Part shown: positions 60,384-64,000 of the stretch, one piece after another
How positions within the stretch are numbered: position 1 is the first letter of the stretch
How the letters are laid out: each line of letters opens with the position of its first letter
NCBI GenBank assembly: GCA_035627515.1
Contig: DASPLQ010000012.1
Coordinates: 650,331-714,330 of the forward strand
Origin: Vitreimonas sp.
GTDB lineage: Bacteria > Patescibacteriota > Microgenomatia > UBA1400 > PJMF01
Length of the DNA stretch: 64,000 bases
Direction of reading: 5' to 3'
Position numbers and translations under genes: made by a program
The notes under the pieces: generated by a model
Database searches by the model: none
Seen by the model: only the letters and a program-made list of their open reading frames with translations
What the model was told of the DNA's origin: nothing

Positions 60384-62222
60384 ATGTCGCAAATTAAACA
60401 AATTAAAGACGCCACTAATCTTGTCGAAATCATTGGCGAGCGCATTCAAGTGCAGCGGTCCGGGGCAAATTTGCGTGCCTTATGTCCCTTTCACAGTGAA
60501 AAAAGTCCATCATTTTTTATTAATGATCAATTCCAACGGTATAAATGTTTTGGGTGTGGTGAAAGTGGCGATGTCTTCACTTTTTTGGAAAAGTATGAAG
60601 GCATGACATTTAATGAATCGCTCAAGTATCTCGCTGATAGAGTTGGTATTCAGCTCGAGCAGTGGAAACCTACGCATGAAGAAGATCGCAAAGAGCGGAT
60701 GCTGGCCATCTTAAATTTAGCCAAAGAATATTATCATTTTTTGTTGACCCAGCACGAAACTGGTGAACCGGCTCGTCAGTATCTCCAGGAACGTGGCACT
60801 ACCAATGAATCAATTAAAATTTTTCAACTAGGATATGCTTTGTCTGCTTGGGACGGCTTATTGACGTATTTGCGCGATAAGAAAAAATATGATGAAGAAG
60901 ATATTTTGGCTACGGGATTGGTAATTAAAGGGAAAACGGGGCGCTACTATGATCGCTTTCGGGGTCGGGTGATGTTTCCCCTCACCAATCATCGCGGCCA
61001 GGTAGTGGGGTTTTCAGGTCGGATTTTAAATGCTGTGCCAGCCATGCAAAATACTGGTGGCAAAATACCTGAAAAAGAACCCAAGTACATCAATACCCCA
61101 GAAACGAGTTTATATCATAAAAGCCAAATGTTATTTGGTTACTCAGAGCTTTATCAAGAAATAAGAAAAAAGCGGGAAGTGATTGTGGTGGAAGGTGAGT
61201 TTGATGTCATATCTTCGGCTCAAGCGCACGTCAATCACGTAGTGGGCATCAAAGGTTCCGCACTGACGACAGAGCACTTGCGGCTGATGAGCCGAGCCGC
61301 CGATCGTATTTTATTTGCACTCGATACTGATGCCGCTGGGGTAGAAGCTACTAAACGTGCCATCACGCTGGCACAAGACACTAACTTAGAGTTGCGAGTG
61401 ATTGCTATTCCGGAAGGTAAAGATCCTGATGAGTTAGCTCGGCATGATCCTAAAACCTGGCGAGAAGCCAGTAAAACTTCGATTTCTATTTATGAGTTTT
61501 TGATCCAAGCCGCTCTTAAAAAATACGATCCTACTAAGCCAGAAGGCAAACGCAAAATTATTGTGGAGCTGGCGCCCATTCTTAACGCCATTGCCTTGAG
61601 CGTAGAACAAGATTACTATCTCAAGAAATTAGCCACTGAGTTGCACGTCAAAGAAGAGCTATTACGAAACGATTTTGTTCGTTTGCGAGACGCGCGTAAA
61701 CCGCTCCGTTTTCATGACAAACCGGTCGAAGATAAAGAAGACACAGTGGCCGAAAAGGAGCCAGAGGTTAAATCTCGTCACTCCAAGCTATTGGAGTATG
61801 CGTTATTCCTCTTTTTCCGAAGTGACAGTAGTCAGATCGCTGCTAAGGCCAAGACGCTTCAAGAAATTGGTTTGAGTGGGCATGCTAAGTTGTTAGTTGA
61901 AGCAGCACAGAGCAGTAGCAGTCAGGGTGCCTTTGAACTGAAACAGTTTATTGAGCAGCTGCCAGATGACTTACAAGACTACTTGTTTAGCATTTACCAC
62001 GAGCCAGAATTTCTTAAAGTCATCGAAAAAGGTGAGTTAGATAAAGAGTGGCAAAAAATCACTAAAGAGTTAAACCAAGAGTTCGTCAAAACGCATATTA
62101 CTCGCATTACTGCCGAGTTGGATGAGCTGGATCAGAAGGTGGATAAGACCCCCGAGGATGAACAACGACAGCTCGAGTTATTGACAGAAGTGGCTCGACT
62201 TCGGAAGTTGAAAACCACGTAA
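60384..62222 (+). CDS. dnaG: DNA primase
   Basis: CPFHSEKSPSF...CFGC, DRFRGRVMFP, PKYINTPET, VEGEFD, LDTDAAG, KDPDE. Confidence 0.97.
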   Translation: MSQIKQIKDATNLVEIIGERIQVQRSGANLRALCPFHSEKSPSFFINDQFQRYKCFGCGESGDVFTFLEKYEGMTFNESLKYLADRVGIQLEQWKPTHEEDRKERMLAILNLAKEYYHFLLTQHETGEPARQYLQERGTTNESIKIFQLGYALSAWDGLLTYLRDKKKYDEEDILATGLVIKGKTGRYYDRFRGRVMFPLTNHRGQVVGFSGRILNAVPAMQNTGGKIPEKEPKYINTPETSLYHKSQMLFGYSELYQEIRKKREVIVVEGEFDVISSAQAHVNHVVGIKGSALTTEHLRLMSRAADRILFALDTDAAGVEATKRAITLAQDTNLELRVIAIPEGKDPDELARHDPKTWREASKTSISIYEFLIQAALKKYDPTKPEGKRKIIVELAPILNAIALSVEQDYYLKKLATELHVKEELLRNDFVRLRDARKPLRFHDKPVEDKEDTVAEKEPEVKSRHSKLLEYALFLFFRSDSSQIAAKAKTLQEIGLSGHAKLLVEAAQSSSSQGAFELKQFIEQLPDDLQDYLFSIYHEPEFLKVIEKGELDKEWQKITKELNQEFVKTHITRITAELDELDQKVDKTPEDEQRQLELLTEVARLRKLKTT

Positions 62223-62240
62223 CATTTTCCAATTTCATGC

Positions 62241-62270
62241 TTGACACTACATACCCCCCAGGAGTATTCT
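62241..62270 (+). promoter_or_regulatory. Sigma70 promoter with embedded CsoR-type operator
   Basis: TTGACA-18nt-TATTCT; ATACCCCCCAGGAGTAT (TAC-C-tract-GTA pseudo-palindrome) at 62251-62267. Confidence 0.8.
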
Positions 62271-62285
62271 GAGAATGTTCCTAAC

Positions 62286-62570
62286 ATGTCAAATTCCATT
62301 TCAAAACCATCTGAGGTGGTTGAGTCGTCCACCTCTAATCCTGATCAAGTTCTTACCCAACTCAAACGTATTCGGGGGCAATTAGATGGTGTGATTACGA
62401 TGTATGAAGACGAGCGTGCCTGCGTCGATATCGTACGGCAAGTCATTGCCGCTCGTAACTCACTGGGACGTGTAGCACGAGACTTATTGACCGGCGAAGC
62501 TACTCGGTGCAGTCGTGAACGACGCGTCGAAGATCTAGATGAAATTTTAAAGGAATTATTTAAGTATTAG
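62286..62570 (+). CDS. CsoR/RcnR-family transcriptional repressor
   Basis: LKRIRGQLDGV..M...RACVDIVRQVIAARNSL...ATRC. Confidence 0.9.
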   Translation: MSNSISKPSEVVESSTSNPDQVLTQLKRIRGQLDGVITMYEDERACVDIVRQVIAARNSLGRVARDLLTGEATRCSRERRVEDLDEILKELFKY

Positions 62571-62573
62571 GGA

Positions 62574-62650
62574 AGTAACTGAGTCATTTAGTAATTAAGT
62601 AATTTAGGTTGGAAAAGCTATTTACTCAATTACTCAATTACTTATTTACT
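62574..62650. repeat. Inverted arrays of an 8-nt unit (AGTAAYTD x4 / reverse complement x4)
   Basis: AGTAACTG-AGTCATTT-AGTAATTA-AGTAATTT ... ATTTACTC-AATTACTC-AATTACTT-ATTTACT. Confidence 0.75.
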
Positions 62651-62665
62651 AACACAAGGAGACAT

Positions 62666-63040
62666 ATGTCTGATACTGCAACTCAAAGTGCCCCTCATTT
62701 TTCGGGCGATGAATTACAAGCCTACCTTAAAGACGGTAAAAATATGCCCTTATTAGTCGATTTTTACGCTGAATGGTGTGGTCCGTGCAAATTAGCTGCT
62801 CCCATTATTGATAAATTATCAGTCGAGTATAAAGGCAAGGTGACGATTGCTAAGTTAGATACCGATGAAAACAACGAGATGGCTCGTCAATTCGGAGTGA
62901 TGAGTATCCCCACCGTGATCATTTTCAAGAATACTACTGGAGATGACAAAGCTGAGCTCATCGAAGTTGATCGCAAGATTGGCTACGGTGGCGAAGAAGC
63001 CTATCGAGAACTATTAAAGAAACTAGTGGGAGAAAAGTAA
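62666..63040 (+). CDS. trxA: Thioredoxin
   Basis: VDFYAEWCGPCK, VMSIPT; AAGGAG SD before ATG 62666. Confidence 0.95.
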   Translation: MSDTATQSAPHFSGDELQAYLKDGKNMPLLVDFYAEWCGPCKLAAPIIDKLSVEYKGKVTIAKLDTDENNEMARQFGVMSIPTVIIFKNTTGDDKAELIEVDRKIGYGGEEAYRELLKKLVGEK

Positions 63041-63082
63041 AAAGTAACTGGCTGGTGCTGTACCTGCTAGTGAATCACTTCT

Positions 63083-64000
63083 ATGCCTAAGTCCATTCCT
63101 GTTGCCATCATTGGTTCTGGTCCCGCCGGTTATACGGCTGCCGTGTACGCTGCCCGGGCCAAGTTAAACCCAGTCTTGTTTGCTGGTTACCAAAGCGGTG
63201 GTCAATTGATGTGGACGACCGACGTAGAAAACTTTCCTGGTTTTCCCGCTGGTGTAGCTGGACCGCAATTAATGGTGCAGATGCGTGAACAAGCTCAAAA
63301 GTTTGGTGCCGACATTCAAGATGTCCATGTCACGGCGGTAGATTTTACCCAGCGGCCGTTTCGGATTTGGACGGCTTTACCTGAAGGTGTAGCGCCAGAA
63401 ATTTACGATAAAGGCACGGCTGAAGAAGTCAAAGCTGTGATTGCGAAGATCAAAAAACTGCCAGCTACCTATGAAGCTGAAAGTGTCATTTTAAGCACTG
63501 GGGCCAGTTCTATCATGTTAAATGTCCCGGGTGAAATGAAGTTACTAGGCCGAGGGGTGAGTACCTGTGCCGTGTGTGATGCGGCCTTTTATCGTGAGCG
63601 AGACACTTTTGTAGTAGGCGGTGGTGATAGCGCGATGGAAGACACCTTGGCTCTGACCAAGTTTGCTAAAACAGTGACTGTCATTCATCGACGCGACTCT
63701 TTCCGTGCCAGCAAAATTATGCAAGAGCGGGTGTTAAATCACCCTAAAGTAAAAGTCCTGTGGAACAGTCAAATTCTGGAAGTCATTGGTGAGCAAAAGG
63801 TAGATAAACTAAAAATCCAAACTGGACCTGAAATTCAAGAAGTTCCCGCTGATGGAGTCTTTATTGCCATTGGCCACCGTCCGATCACGCGTATTTTCGA
63901 TCAGCAAGTTATGTTGGATGAACATGGGTACATCGTGACACGCCATAGTTTAAGCGCCAAAGGTTTAGAACTGGCGCGCTTGGCGGTAAATGAAAAAGAG
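63083..64000 (+). CDS. trxB: Thioredoxin reductase (partial, runs off window end)
   Basis: Hand translation: IIGSGPAGYTAAVYAAR, GGQLMWTTDVENFPGF, GRGVSTCAVCD, GGGDSAMED, GVFIAIGH. Confidence 0.95.
   Translation, partial: MPKSIPVAIIGSGPAGYTAAVYAARAKLNPVLFAGYQSGGQLMWTTDVENFPGFPAGVAGPQLMVQMREQAQKFGADIQDVHVTAVDFTQRPFRIWTALPEGVAPEIYDKGTAEEVKAVIAKIKKLPATYEAESVILSTGASSIMLNVPGEMKLLGRGVSTCAVCDAAFYRERDTFVVGGGDSAMEDTLALTKFAKTVTVIHRRDSFRASKIMQERVLNHPKVKVLWNSQILEVIGEQKVDKLKIQTGPEIQEVPADGVFIAIGHRPITRIFDQQVMLDEHGYIVTRHSLSAKGLELARLAVNEKE

Noticed and set aside
62574-62650. CRISPR array
   Set aside because: Units are 8 nt with no spacers; no cas genes in the window

Overview
64 kb of bacterial chromosome using genetic code 11. 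By inference it is from a Patescibacteria/CPR (Microgenomates-like) organism: many apparently leaderless genes, Pro/Ser-linker surface proteins, sortase, mevalonate genes and many hypotheticals. The most striking locus (16049-37170) is an F1-like ATPase operon (alpha, gamma, beta, truncated epsilon; no a, b or delta). It is headed by a secreted-domain protein fused to an ATP-synthase c-subunit-like hairpin that lacks the ion-carrying carboxylate. It is transcribed back-to-back with two giant paralogous tail-fibre-like proteins, a DUF2341/7xLamG protein, an O-antigen-ligase-like/TPR protein and a LytR_C protein. This is a candidate undescribed ATP-driven surface/appendage machine. The window also holds five tRNA-Ser genes (CGA, UGA, GCU, GGA and a very unusual ACU), a tRNA-Arg(GCG), and an FMN riboswitch with an insertion ahead of an EamA transporter. 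Other features: a BlaI/M56 regulator with two visible operators controlling dsbA, an RnfD-like/FMN-binding lipoprotein/ApbE flavinylation module, two dockerin-like proteins (one GH44), mvk-mvaD, uppP, dnaG and a CsoR-family-trxA-trxB operon. Small tRNA-associated repeats and two unlisted small ORFs are also present. No CRISPR array, integrase, transposase or reverse transcriptase was seen. All assignments are from motif recognition by eye; no searches were run.
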